A DNA stretch of 35,993 bases from a virus (IMGVR_UViG_3300022906_000005:1-35993), one strand, 5' to 3'; positions 1 to 8,142 are shown, counted from the first letter of the stretch. Notes: generated from the letters alone by a model not told the origin. Program-made: numbers and translations.

Positions 1-27
1 ACACTCACCGCCTGCGACCACCGCGCA

Positions 28-55
28 ACAATAGCGAAACACCATCCCCCGTCAA
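28..55 (-). promoter_or_regulatory. Putative sigma70 promoter reading leftward out of the window
   Basis: Minus strand TTGACG (55-50), N16, TATTGT (33-28), just downstream of the stop of the first ORF. Confidence 0.4.
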
Positions 56-63
56 GCCCCATC

Positions 64-1080
64 CTACCCGCAAGGATGGCTAGCCGCCGCAGCGTCAGTC
101 CGACTCTCCGAGAGGGCGGCGACGGGTTCCGCGAGGTCCATGATCGCGTCTGTCAGGGCCTCCGCTTGAAAGTTCGGGAGCCCTCCCTGCGCGACGAGCA
201 CGGCCTTGATGTTGTCGTACGTCCGGTCGTGCCGCTGCATCCATTCGGCCATGTCGGCATAGTCCGCAGTGTCCCACAGCGCGCCGATGCCGCCGCATTC
301 ACGGCAGCCGCAGCCGAGATGGCAACCGAACGCGGAAACGAAGGGGCCGGTGGGCGCGCCTTCGCAAGACTCGTGACAGCCGGTGCAGGAAACCCAGCAG
401 CCGTTGTCGCCGTTCAGACCAACTTCCTTGACGGTTTCGGCGACGGTAGCGAGCAGCATGGCCGCCTCCCGATCATCTGTCTTGGGTGCTTCGATGCGGG
501 AGAGGGCGGCATTGTCGTTAGTGCGATGCTCGGCGCCCTCAATGGCATCCGCTGCGCGGGCTAGGGCAAGCGAGCCTCCTCCAAAAGCCGCGCGTTTGGT
601 AGTGCCGGTTTCCGCTTCAATTCCCCGGTTCGCTCCAAGATCGGACTGATGCCGCAGCCACGCAACTACGGCTTGGCGCTCCCGCACCCCCTCGTCCCCA
701 TCAATGCGGGAGGGGCCGGGACGACTCCGAAAATGGTCGGCCAGCCAAACGCAGACCGTGCGCAGTTCGGGGATCAAGCCCAAGCCGTAACGCTCTATCT
801 CACGCGCGACCGCTTCTTTGTCCCAGCCCGATAGCATCGTGGCCCCCTCATCCCCATCAATGCGGGGAGTGGGGCGTTTGAAGCGAGTATTCCATGCGGA
901 AACGAGGTTCTCTTTGCGCCCGAACTCGACATGGCTTGAAGCTTGACAGCGGGTGCACGTGATCACGTCGCCGCCGAAGTTCTCGGCGTCATCCAGCGTC
1001 AATCGTTCTGCGCCACCGCCACAGAACGGACACGGCTCCAGCACCATCTCTTCGGCTGTGCGGGGTTCGTTGTCAGGCAT
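64..1080 (-). CDS. Multi-module early protein with N-terminal Lar-like (restriction alleviation) zinc-ribbon domain and C-terminal Cys-rich domain
   Basis: LEPCPFCGG...CTRC...AWNTR Lar-type pattern; C-terminal CxxC/CxCxxC cluster; start at ATG 1080 overlapping the upstream small ORF. Confidence 0.7.
   Translation of the reverse strand: MPDNEPRTAEEMVLEPCPFCGGGAERLTLDDAENFGGDVITCTRCQASSHVEFGRKENLVSAWNTRFKRPTPRIDGDEGATMLSGWDKEAVAREIERYGLGLIPELRTVCVWLADHFRSRPGPSRIDGDEGVRERQAVVAWLRHQSDLGANRGIEAETGTTKRAAFGGGSLALARAADAIEGAEHRTNDNAALSRIEAPKTDDREAAMLLATVAETVKEVGLNGDNGCWVSCTGCHESCEGAPTGPFVSAFGCHLGCGCRECGGIGALWDTADYADMAEWMQRHDRTYDNIKAVLVAQGGLPNFQAEALTDAIMDLAEPVAALSESRTDAAAASHPCG
687..866. repeat. 24-nt direct repeat inside the Lar-fusion gene (encodes RIDGDEG twice)
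   Basis: CCCCCTC(G/A)TCCCCATCAATGCGGG at 687-710 and 843-866, one mismatch. Confidence 0.85.
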
Positions 1081-1192
1081 CGAGAAGGTCCTTGCAGCGG
1101 GAGCAGCGGTATCCGTCGAATGTGCGCATCGGGGTCCAGTACCGCTCCCAGCGATGGCCAAATACCCAGCAAATCAGGCGCATGGCGTACAT
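1073..1192 (-). CDS. Small DUF1660-like phage zinc-finger protein (39 aa)
   Basis: Manual translation MYAMRLICWVFGHRWERYWTPMRTFDGYRCSRCKDLLDA; C-x2-FGH-x-W...CxRC pattern; TGATG coupling to upstream gene. Confidence 0.65.
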   Translation of the reverse strand: MYAMRLICWVFGHRWERYWTPMRTFDGYRCSRCKDLLDA

Positions 1193-1530
1193 CACACCCC
1201 TCCCTTCCGGGTTGCTTCGTATTCGGTGAGGGCGGCGGCAAGCTTTCGACAGTCGCCGATAGTGAGCTGACGGCGCGCCATTGAGCTACCATTGGTGATG
1301 ACTAGATGTGTCGGCGCCCTGCCGTCGTCGAATGCAGTGAAGGGCTTGGCCGCCCCCGCCAGCTTCTCAGCAGCGGCTTCGGAGGCGAAAGCCTGTACGA
1401 TAGGATCGTCGTCGCATTCGCCAGTTCTGATCCCAAAGGTTCGGTCGCTGGCGTGAATAACCGCGCTGGATGCCCTGTCGCGGATTTCTTGCGTAACCGG
1501 CAGCAGCTCCGGTGGATTAGGGGCGGTCAT
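1192..1530 (-). CDS. Hypothetical early protein
   Basis: ORF from ATG 1530 (MTAPNPP...) in a tightly coupled operon. Confidence 0.6.
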   Translation of the reverse strand: MTAPNPPELLPVTQEIRDRASSAVIHASDRTFGIRTGECDDDPIVQAFASEAAAEKLAGAAKPFTAFDDGRAPTHLVITNGSSMARRQLTIGDCRKLAAALTEYEATRKGGV

Positions 1531-1690
1531 TGTGGGCACTCCGATTAACTGCTTGGCGCATGCGGGCAGCGATCCAGCCGCCAATGGTTAGCGGCGGTGT
1601 GTATTCCCCGGCCGCCAAGTCGAGACGGTCACACTCGCGCATGGCGGCCTGCAATTGGCGCATGCGGAGTTCTTCTTGCTCAAGGCTCAT
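1517..1690 (-). CDS. Hypothetical early protein
   Basis: ATGA overlap with the upstream stop (MSLEQEELRMRQ...). Confidence 0.5.
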   Translation of the reverse strand: MSLEQEELRMRQLQAAMRECDRLDLAAGEYTPPLTIGGWIAARMRQAVNRSAHNDRP

Positions 1691-2052
1691 GCCCCGTCCC
1701 CTGTATTGCGGGAGATGGCGGCGATAAGCATTTGCTTGACCACCCCACAGACACATAGCCCTTCTTCGCCCATATCATCGAGCGCCTGCTCAATAGCCTC
1801 CCGCATTCTCTCTACCTCTGCGGAAAGAGCGCGGTTGTCGGCGATGAGGGTGGGGAGGGCGTTGACTGCGGCGACGGTCAGTTCGGCGTTGGCGCTGCTG
1901 GGGGTGTCTCGCTTAATCGGCATTATTGCAATCCGCCGCATCCCCGCGCTGACATGATGCGTCGTCGCTGTGCGCCCCTCGCGCCAAGGCCCCTTCGTCG
2001 CCCTCTCAAGCAGCCCTTCCAGCCGCTCTAGTTCTGATTGGGGGAGGGTCAT
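1687..2052 (-). CDS. Ead/Ea22-like early protein
   Basis: LERLEGLLERATKGPW...NAELTVAAVNALPTLIA pattern typical of Ead/Ea22-like N-terminal domains; ATGA coupling. Confidence 0.6.
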   Translation of the reverse strand: MTLPQSELERLEGLLERATKGPWREGRTATTHHVSAGMRRIAIMPIKRDTPSSANAELTVAAVNALPTLIADNRALSAEVERMREAIEQALDDMGEEGLCVCGVVKQMLIAAISRNTGDGA

Positions 2053-2261
2053 GGCTTGAACCTCTCGCCCATAATGCGGCAAAGAAGCTCCTCGCTGATC
2101 GCCAAGGTAGCGGCGGCCCCGGCGACTGGATGGGCATGAACGGCACGATTGGGCTTCTGCCTGTCCGTGCACCGAAACTGCGCTGCATGGGCCGCCCGAG
2201 CCTTTGCCTTTCGCTGTTTGCTGTCCGCCCTACTTTGCCGGGCGCGGCGCTTGTCGCTCAT
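2049..2261 (-). CDS. Hypothetical basic protein
   Basis: ATGA overlaps on both sides (MSDKRRARQSR...). Confidence 0.5.
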   Translation of the reverse strand: MSDKRRARQSRADSKQRKAKARAAHAAQFRCTDRQKPNRAVHAHPVAGAAATLAISEELLCRIMGERFKP

Positions 2262-2509
2262 TCCGTCTCTCCAGATAGGTTGATGGCGCGGATGGCGAGG
2301 GCGATGTGCTTTTGTGCGGTGGCACACCGCTCCTGTACCTGTGAAAGTCGATCGTCCCGCATCTGAGAGAGGCGCTCGATTGTGTCGGCGGCTTGGCGAA
2401 GGGCCGACACGATGGCGTCGCGGTCTGCCAGCCAAAGCTCGATCAACGGCCCGTTTCCGCCGTCCATAACGGGCTCATCAAGCAGCCGCTCGATTAGTTC
2501 GGCGCTCAT
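2258..2509 (-). CDS. Hypothetical protein
   Basis: 83 aa ORF, ATGA coupling. Confidence 0.6.
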   Translation of the reverse strand: MSAELIERLLDEPVMDGGNGPLIELWLADRDAIVSALRQAADTIERLSQMRDDRLSQVQERCATAQKHIALAIRAINLSGETE

Positions 2510-2682
2510 TTCCCCCGCCTCCCCTGCCGCGCCACCTGCGCATCAAGCGCAACCAGCCGATCCGCAGCGACCTCAAGCAACACCGGCTCCTGCGCCCGGG
2601 TGGCGACCGAATATCCCTGATGCGCCATGGCATAGAGGCGATCGGCTAGATCGGCGGTGGGCATGTCTGCGGTGGAGATCAT
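2506..2682 (-). CDS. Hypothetical protein (58 aa)
   Basis: Manual translation MISTADMPTADLADRLYAMAH...; ATGA overlaps at both ends. Confidence 0.55.
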   Translation of the reverse strand: MISTADMPTADLADRLYAMAHQGYSVATRAQEPVLLEVAADRLVALDAQVARQGRRGK

Positions 2683-2963
2683 TTGCCCTTCTCTTCTTCA
2701 ATGAGGTGATTGCGGACGGCGATTCCAAGAGGTGTAAGCCGGTAAGCGTCGCGGCTCCACTTGCCATCCTTCTGCCCCTCGCGCTCGGCAATCGCCCCAC
2801 GGCCTCCACACCCCTTAGCCCAATGAAGCGCCCACGCGCCGTTCGCGTTGAACGTCGCCTTTCCGCAAAACTGCCACTCATCGGTCATGGCCTTACATGC
2901 GCGAGCGGCGCCGCCCGTCAGCCCGCTAGCTATCTTGGCTACTTCATCTGGGGTGGGGGTCAT
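2679..2963 (-). CDS. Hypothetical protein, possible winged-helix fold
   Basis: C-terminal AYRLTPLGIAVR wing-like motif; coupled. Confidence 0.55.
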   Translation of the reverse strand: MTPTPDEVAKIASGLTGGAARACKAMTDEWQFCGKATFNANGAWALHWAKGCGGRGAIAEREGQKDGKWSRDAYRLTPLGIAVRNHLIEEEKGK

Positions 2964-3559
2964 GACCCTTCTCCTTGGCGCATGCCTTCGGCACCGGCCG
3001 GTTTCCGTAAATAGCCTTTCTCAATGAGGAACTGGCGTTGCGCGCGATAGTCTTGGTTCTTCGCAAAGAAGTCGACAAATTCTGTCGGCCCCGCCAACAC
3101 TTCGTAAACCCCATGATGGGCCTTCACTTCACGCACCAGAATATCGGTCGGATCAAACAGAGCCGGAAACGCTTCCTTCGCAGCCTCAATGATCGAAGCA
3201 ATGTCGTTAAAGCGGGTCACGCTATCTCCCCGCTTAAGGCGGAACGACGGCGTTACAAACCCCTCGTTGTCCTTCTTGTTGAGGTACGCTGCCTCTTTCG
3301 CGCCAATGATCCGTTCGACATCTTTGCCATCGTGCTTATGATACTCAGCGCCAAATCCGCCACGGCTAATCCATGAGACCGATCCATCCTGATTGATCCG
3401 CTTTTCGTCCTTCGTGTGGACGCTAAACCTGCCGTAATAGTGCTCGCCGCCAATCGATCCTCGGAACGAGGTGATAGACAGTTCGACGAACTCGCGCGAA
3501 GGGACGAGACCCGTAGGGGCTTGATTCACGAGAGCCTGTTCCGGAACGGACGCGCTCAT
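2960..3559 (-). CDS. Hypothetical protein (199 aa)
   Basis: Long ORF with globular-protein composition; RBS-like AGGA upstream. Confidence 0.7.
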   Translation of the reverse strand: MSASVPEQALVNQAPTGLVPSREFVELSITSFRGSIGGEHYYGRFSVHTKDEKRINQDGSVSWISRGGFGAEYHKHDGKDVERIIGAKEAAYLNKKDNEGFVTPSFRLKRGDSVTRFNDIASIIEAAKEAFPALFDPTDILVREVKAHHGVYEVLAGPTEFVDFFAKNQDYRAQRQFLIEKGYLRKPAGAEGMRQGEGS

Positions 3560-3641
3560 ATCCTGTCATTCATCCTTTTAGCGGGGCCGATCAAAGGGAG
3601 GGGAAGACCGGCCCCGCAGCGCGAGCGGGAGTGCTCGCGGG

Positions 3642-3713
3642 TTAGCGCCTCGGCATCATGAAAGACATGCCAATTGCGGGGATGCAAAGCACAAGCCCCC
3701 ACCACGGGAGCAT
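3642..3713 (-). CDS. Possible 23-aa hydrophobic peptide
   Basis: TGATG coupling to the SSB-like gene; MLPWWGLVLCIPAIGMSFMMPRR. Confidence 0.3.
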   Translation of the reverse strand: MLPWWGLVLCIPAIGMSFMMPRR

Positions 3714-4378
3714 CACACCCGCCGCTTTCCGATATCCATGCCGATAGTGACGAAGGGAACTTCATCCTCTAGCTCACCTCGCCATGTGTCGCCGCCAGCT
3801 TCATCCCAAGCCCCGCCATGGCCGGAGCCGCCAGCGGTTTCCATGATCTGGTTTTTGATCTTCTCTTGCAACCAGGGACGCAGCTTTTCGAAGGAGGTCA
3901 TGTTGTCCGCGTCATAGACCAGCGGCTCCCCTTCCAGAACCGGCGCGGGAATGCCGTCCGGCAGCTTCACCACGGCGCCGATGTTGGCGTACACTCCCCC
4001 GCCGTCCTTGGGCGCATGCGTAACCGTAATCATGCACGGCTTGCCGACGATGGTGGTAACGTCGAACTTCTTCAGTTCATCGGGCGTGAAGGCGCGCCCA
4101 CGCCAGCTTTGCAGCATCGGGCGAAGGGCGCTCTTTTCCGCCAGAGACAGGGTGTAGGTGCTGCCGATAGCCATCGGGGCCTCAACCTGCACGCCATCCT
4201 TTTCGTAATTGATGCGCAGCTTGGGAATCTGCCAGCGGATATAGATTTTGTGCTTCGCGCCGAAGCGGCTGTCCTGCTTGCCCAAATCGACAAACATATC
4301 GCAGACCGCAAGATGCGAGCCTTCGGGGACGGGATCGAAGTCCTTACCGCCGCCAGTGTCGGATGCATAAGTAGCCAT
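3713..4378 (-). CDS. Putative phage ssDNA-binding/replication protein (NGO0469/DUF669-like)
   Basis: DFDPVPEGSHLAVC..VDLG, YTLSL.EKS.LR..L.SWRG, GKPC.ITV, YANI motifs; Gly-rich linker and acidic EDEVPF near the C-terminus. Confidence 0.7.
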   Translation of the reverse strand: MATYASDTGGGKDFDPVPEGSHLAVCDMFVDLGKQDSRFGAKHKIYIRWQIPKLRINYEKDGVQVEAPMAIGSTYTLSLAEKSALRPMLQSWRGRAFTPDELKKFDVTTIVGKPCMITVTHAPKDGGGVYANIGAVVKLPDGIPAPVLEGEPLVYDADNMTSFEKLRPWLQEKIKNQIMETAGGSGHGGAWDEAGGDTWRGELEDEVPFVTIGMDIGKRRV

Positions 4379-4396
4379 TGTTCGTTCCTTTTCGTT

Positions 4397-5086
4397 TCAC
4401 GCAGCGTTGCGCTCGGCGTGGACGATCATCCCGGGTATGGATACCGGCCCGCCTCGTCCTTCGTGTGCCGCCATATCATTCAGAAAGGATTCGTATTCCT
4501 CCTTTCTATGTGCCCAAGCCCATCGGGCAAAGGCAGTGTAATCGGTCACTTCGGCGCGGTAGGATGTGCGCAGCCCGATAGCCCGCGACCCTCCCGCAAC
4601 CTGCGGCTTGGCCTTGTCGAGTTTGGCGGCGGCTTCTTCGGCCCTGGCAGCCTCTTTCAACAGCCGCTCAGCTTCCTCTAGCGCCTCAAGGCCACCGCCT
4701 GCCGCAAAAGCTTCCTGTGCCGCCAGCGCGAGGCGATCAGCTTCCGCACGCGCCTTCTCAGCCTCCGCGCGCTGCTCGGCTTCCTTGGCCCTCTGCCACG
4801 GCGTCAGCGCATCCTTTGCGGCGCCGGCAGCTAGATCACATTTGGCGAGCAGCGGCGTCCATGCTTCCTGCACGGCCTTGGCTGCGGCATCATGCGGGGC
4901 TTTCTCGACCTTGCGCTGTTCGTCGGCCGCCTTGCGGGCTTGGCGGATCGCGTCGAGCAGCTTGGCCACGCCCTCGGCCTCGGATTCGGACTTGATGCCG
5001 TCGCCGTCCAACCAATGCTTTGCCTCGTCGAATAGATCGTTTATATGCAGACCATGGGTTTCGACGGGCGGGGCGTTCGGGATCAT
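4397..5086 (-). CDS. Phage coiled-coil protein
   Basis: Ala/Glu/Lys helical heptads with a C-terminal beta segment (GLRTSYRAEV...IPGM); start at ATG 5086 by ATGA coupling. Confidence 0.7.
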   Translation of the reverse strand: MIPNAPPVETHGLHINDLFDEAKHWLDGDGIKSESEAEGVAKLLDAIRQARKAADEQRKVEKAPHDAAAKAVQEAWTPLLAKCDLAAGAAKDALTPWQRAKEAEQRAEAEKARAEADRLALAAQEAFAAGGGLEALEEAERLLKEAARAEEAAAKLDKAKPQVAGGSRAIGLRTSYRAEVTDYTAFARWAWAHRKEEYESFLNDMAAHEGRGGPVSIPGMIVHAERNAA

Positions 5087-5295
5087 TTCGGGCGCTCCAA
5101 TTGCCAAGCAAGATAGCCCCGCAGATTACTCACCGCCCCGCGCACGCTCTTGGACGCGGCGACAGTCTCGGGATGATACCTGCCGAGCTTCGTGGTGGCG
5201 AAATACCAGCCGCCCTCGCGCTCGATCCTGACGGACCCCCAAGGCAGTGAAATGGTGCGGGCAGGTATTTCCTTGCCCATGTGGGGGAGGGTCAT
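5083..5295 (-). CDS. Hypothetical protein
   Basis: MTLPHMGKEIPART...; coupled to neighbours. Confidence 0.55.
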   Translation of the reverse strand: MTLPHMGKEIPARTISLPWGSVRIEREGGWYFATTKLGRYHPETVAASKSVRGAVSNLRGYLAWQLERPK

Positions 5296-5296
5296 G

Positions 5297-5500
5297 CTAG
5301 AAAGTCCCGCCTTCGCCGACATGCCGCCCCCTGTCATCGTAGGCGTGCATCTTGAGCATAGTTCCGCCGCGTTGTCTGGCATGGTTGATGGCCTCCTCTG
5401 CGGTGTCGAAGTCGCCATCAATCCAATCGGTGCCGTCAAAGGTGTCCACGCCGATCACGCGGAACTTGCCTTCTGGCGCCTTCTGCTCTGCTCTTGCCAT
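5297..5500 (-). CDS. Hypothetical protein (67 aa)
   Basis: MARAEQKAPEGKFRVIGVDTFDG... with purine-rich RBS. Confidence 0.6.
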   Translation of the reverse strand: MARAEQKAPEGKFRVIGVDTFDGTDWIDGDFDTAEEAINHARQRGGTMLKMHAYDDRGRHVGEGGTF

Positions 5501-5509
5501 CCCTCTAAT

Positions 5510-5955
5510 CCTTCCGTTCCTTGTGCCGTAGAGCAGACATGGCTTCCCTTTCCGCTTATCCGGGTGGTAGCGGCATCCCCAGCGCTTCAATCCCGTTTAC
5601 GTGCCGTGCCCGTATCGTGGGCCAGTCGCCGGGCGGGGTCACTGACCAACCACCACTGTATGCGGCACGCTATCTCTCAGCTTGCGCCAAGCAGTCGAGG
5701 GGGCGGAACACGGCGCCGTGTCAGGTACGCCCAAAGAACCCCCGGGATACATGGCCGGTTTTACGCGAGTGCCTAGCGCGTTGTGGGATAAGACCTTCGC
5801 CGCAGTTGTCGGCTTGCAGATCAGTCCCGAGGCAGCTTCATTTGAATGGCCTCGGGAGGAAGCGCCTGATGCGCGTAGACCCTGCTTGCAACTTCTGCGC
5901 TGGTTAGCTATTGTGACCAGCGAGGCTGCGGCGGGGACCATCCGTGGCAGCCTCA
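5510..5955 (-). ncRNA. Candidate large structured non-coding RNA
   Basis: ~450 nt with no convincing gene; stems 5922-5929/5947-5954, 5899-5904/5916-5921, 5825-5833/5849-5857; palindrome 5708-5721; GCAA-capped hairpin 5676-5691 on the minus strand. Confidence 0.45.
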
Positions 5956-5958
5956 GCA

Positions 5959-6186
5959 TCATGCATCATCCGATGCTGATTGCAAGGCCTTTTTGCGGTA
6001 GATCGTAACTTTTTCTACCCCAATAAGGTCAAGCATTGCTTGCGTCGGGCGCTTTTGTCCGGTGAGGACGTTGCTCACAAACGCGGGGCTAACCCCGAGG
6101 CTGGCAGCGAACTTGGAGCCGCCTTTCCAGCCGACACGGGAGCGCAGCATTTCCAGAACCTGCTCCTCTGAAAACTGGCGGCTCAC
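5959..6186 (-). CDS. XRE/Cro-like HTH protein
   Basis: SKFAASLGVSPAFVSNVLTGQKRP helix-turn-helix; GTG start coupled to the upstream stop. Confidence 0.7.
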   Translation of the reverse strand: MSRQFSEEQVLEMLRSRVGWKGGSKFAASLGVSPAFVSNVLTGQKRPTQAMLDLIGVEKVTIYRKKALQSASDDA

Positions 6187-6356
6187 AACCCAACCCCCAT
6201 CCAAGCCATCATCCCCAACCCCAAAACAAGCCCTCCGCCGACAAAGAACATAACCGGCCAAGACGATTCGTTATCGACGGCAAGAGGCATCTTCATGATT
6301 TCCTGACGCCGGAAAGAGGACATGTGAGGGCCTTCCCAATGGTTGCGGTTTCTCAT
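6183..6356 (-). CDS. Small membrane protein (57 aa)
   Basis: Manual translation with C-terminal hydrophobic WPVMFFVGGGLVLGLGMMAWMGVGL; coupled at both ends. Confidence 0.5.
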   Translation of the reverse strand: MRNRNHWEGPHMSSFRRQEIMKMPLAVDNESSWPVMFFVGGGLVLGLGMMAWMGVGL

Positions 6357-6793
6357 GCCGCGCGCTCCGCTTCATACAGAGCAACGGGATCAGCCTTGCG
6401 CACGAATATCATGCGCTCCGGAACCGTGTCCCGTGCGTTTTGCCATCCGTGACGCGTAAAGTTTACCGCCATGGACTTCGCGGCGCTAGCCTGCTTCCCG
6501 GACAGTCCGCCCAGTTTGCATGTGCCGTCCGGTTGCTTTTCGTCGAGCTTCCAGATAATCTCGTCGAGCATCCGGCCAAATTCAGGCGGGAAGGATTCGT
6601 TGTTGGCGACCCTAGCGTTGATTGCGGCGAGAGCCGGGTCATCCCGAAGCGCGCGCATCAGCTCGAAGGCCACGCATTGGATAGCCATTTCGTATCCCGC
6701 GCCGAGCCCGCCCATTTCGACGGTTTCGACTTCATCGCCCGCATCCCACGCGGCCAAGGCCTCATCGACATTATTGGGTCGTACCTGTGTCAT
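6353..6793 (-). CDS. Hypothetical phage protein
   Basis: 146 aa ORF, ATGA coupling. Confidence 0.7.
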   Translation of the reverse strand: MTQVRPNNVDEALAAWDAGDEVETVEMGGLGAGYEMAIQCVAFELMRALRDDPALAAINARVANNESFPPEFGRMLDEIIWKLDEKQPDGTCKLGGLSGKQASAAKSMAVNFTRHGWQNARDTVPERMIFVRKADPVALYEAERAA

Positions 6794-7131
6794 GCTTTAT
6801 CTCCAGTGAATTTAGCGAGTGCGGCGCGGGCGATGTCAATTCGCTCGACGGCGACTTTTCGCCAGCCATTGGGCTGATCATAATCCGGCAAGTCGGCGAT
6901 GGAAACGAACGCCTCTGCCGCGACCTTCTCCAAAGCCCCCACCAACTCCGCAACACCAAGGTCGCGGCGGTTCCATGCTGCGGAGGCTCGCTCCAAGGAC
7001 GAAAATCCTTCTGTGCCAGCCTTGCAATTAGGGCAGCGCGCCCACCACTCTGGTGCCAAGCGCGGGCCACCTGCCATCTTCGCCTCCTGCCCGCAGAACG
7101 GGCAGGGCAGCAGCTTGAGGGTATCAGTCAT
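6790..7131 (-). CDS. Lar-family restriction alleviation protein
   Basis: LKLLPCPFCG...RCPNCKA...ASAAWNRR, the classic Lar pattern. Confidence 0.75.
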   Translation of the reverse strand: MTDTLKLLPCPFCGQEAKMAGGPRLAPEWWARCPNCKAGTEGFSSLERASAAWNRRDLGVAELVGALEKVAAEAFVSIADLPDYDQPNGWRKVAVERIDIARAALAKFTGDKA

Positions 7132-7297
7132 GGGGTTGCTCCAAGCTTTTGACTTTTAGGTCAACGACGATAACAATGGTGCTCAGCAGCGCAAACCCCA
7201 CCAATCCTTGGCCGGTTGTCATCAAGACAAAGCTTATGATTATTACAGAAACCGCTGCAAAGATGAGCGAAGCTTCTTTAAAGGCAGTGTAAATCAC
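7124..7297 (-). CDS. Small two-TM membrane protein (57 aa), AT-rich
   Basis: Manual translation MIYTAFKEASLIFAAVSVIIISFVLMTTGQGLVGFALLSTIVIVVDLKVKSLEQPHD; GTGA coupling. Confidence 0.5.
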   Translation of the reverse strand: MIYTAFKEASLIFAAVSVIIISFVLMTTGQGLVGFALLSTIVIVVDLKVKSLEQPHD

Positions 7298-7458
7298 CTC
7301 CCACCTCCCTCATAAACAGCAATCCTCTCCCTATAATATTCAAGACGGGGAGTGATCCTGTCGATTTCTGCCTGACAGCGGGCGGCCAGAAGACCAGCCT
7401 CAACCGAAGCGCATTCCGCAGCAAGAAGCATGCGGGCGGTTTGACGGAGGCGGGTCAT
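7294..7458 (-). CDS. Hypothetical protein
   Basis: MTRLRQTARMLL...; ATGA coupling. Confidence 0.5.
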   Translation of the reverse strand: MTRLRQTARMLLAAECASVEAGLLAARCQAEIDRITPRLEYYRERIAVYEGGGR

Positions 7459-7661
7459 CGTGAAAACTCGCGAATGAGCTGGAAACACAGCACGAGCACC
7501 ACAATAGCGATTGCCGCCAAGATCGTGATCCAGATAGGGGAAAGAACCCACCACCAAGACCATGTAATGACATTGCCGAGCTTGAGGCCGATGAACAGGA
7601 TTGTCAGCAGACCGAGGAAGCCAACGCCGCCGCCGGACTGAGAAGACGAAGAGCTAGCCAT
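7455..7661 (-). CDS. Small phage membrane protein (LKL..VI.WSWWWVLSPIW type)
   Basis: GFLGLLTILFIGLKLGNVITWSWWWVLSPIW motif common in phage membrane proteins; AGGAAGG RBS. Confidence 0.75.
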   Translation of the reverse strand: MASSSSSQSGGGVGFLGLLTILFIGLKLGNVITWSWWWVLSPIWITILAAIAIVVLVLCFQLIREFSR

Positions 7662-7681
7662 TAGAAATTCCTTCCTGCGAT

Positions 7682-7773
7682 AGCGATTGAAGCGGGAACC
7701 GGCGAGACGCGCAGCGGCTCGACCCCGAAGGGGCGAAAGCGCGGGCCGCAAGGCATCGCCGTAACTTCGGCGG
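7682..7773 (+). other. Cluster of GNA/GNRA mini-hairpins (structured intergenic element)
   Basis: CGC-GCA-GCG, CCCC-GAA-GGGG, GC-GAAA-GC, GCC-GCAA-GGC, CGCCG-TAACTT-CGGCG within 90 nt. Confidence 0.55.
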
Positions 7774-8142
7774 TCATATAGTAGGCTCCATTGCAGCGCG
7801 AGCGCGCAGGGCGCAGGCGCAGAGTGCTAGAGCAGCGCTTCGGGCAATCCGGCCTTTGGTGCTGCCATCGTAGTCCGCGGTGTCGCGCCAAACAGAAGCG
7901 TAGGCATGCGCGCCTTCCTCGCCGGGAATCTCGATGTGCGCGCCGTGTTCCTTAGGGACCAACTGCATGGCAGCATCGAGAGAGGCGGTGAAGGGCTTGG
8001 CCTGTCGTGCACGCGTCTGCCCTGTCCATGCGGGAAACGGTGTCCGCTTAACGAGAGTGGCGATATCGAGATCAAGCCCTCGATCCGGCCCGCTCGCAGC
8101 CTCGCAGCGCTCCGCCAGCGCGATAAGCTTCTGCGCGCTCAT
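7774..8142 (-). CDS. Hypothetical phage protein
   Basis: LAERCEAASGPDRGLD...FTASLDAAMQLVP...ALALCACALRARA, a motif recurrent in proteobacterial phages. Confidence 0.7.
   Translation of the reverse strand: MSAQKLIALAERCEAASGPDRGLDLDIATLVKRTPFPAWTGQTRARQAKPFTASLDAAMQLVPKEHGAHIEIPGEEGAHAYASVWRDTADYDGSTKGRIARSAALALCACALRARAAMEPTI

Noticed and set aside
3556-3765. 69-aa ORF
   Set aside because: Overlaps the SSB-like C-terminus out of frame and runs through two hairpins; no motif
5782-5792. DnaA box (minus strand TTATCCCACA)
   Set aside because: Has an extra base relative to TTATCCACA and is solitary
5639-5962. 107-aa ORF on the minus strand
   Set aside because: It has ATGA coupling but no recognisable motif, and the region is better explained by dense base-pairing; not fully excluded
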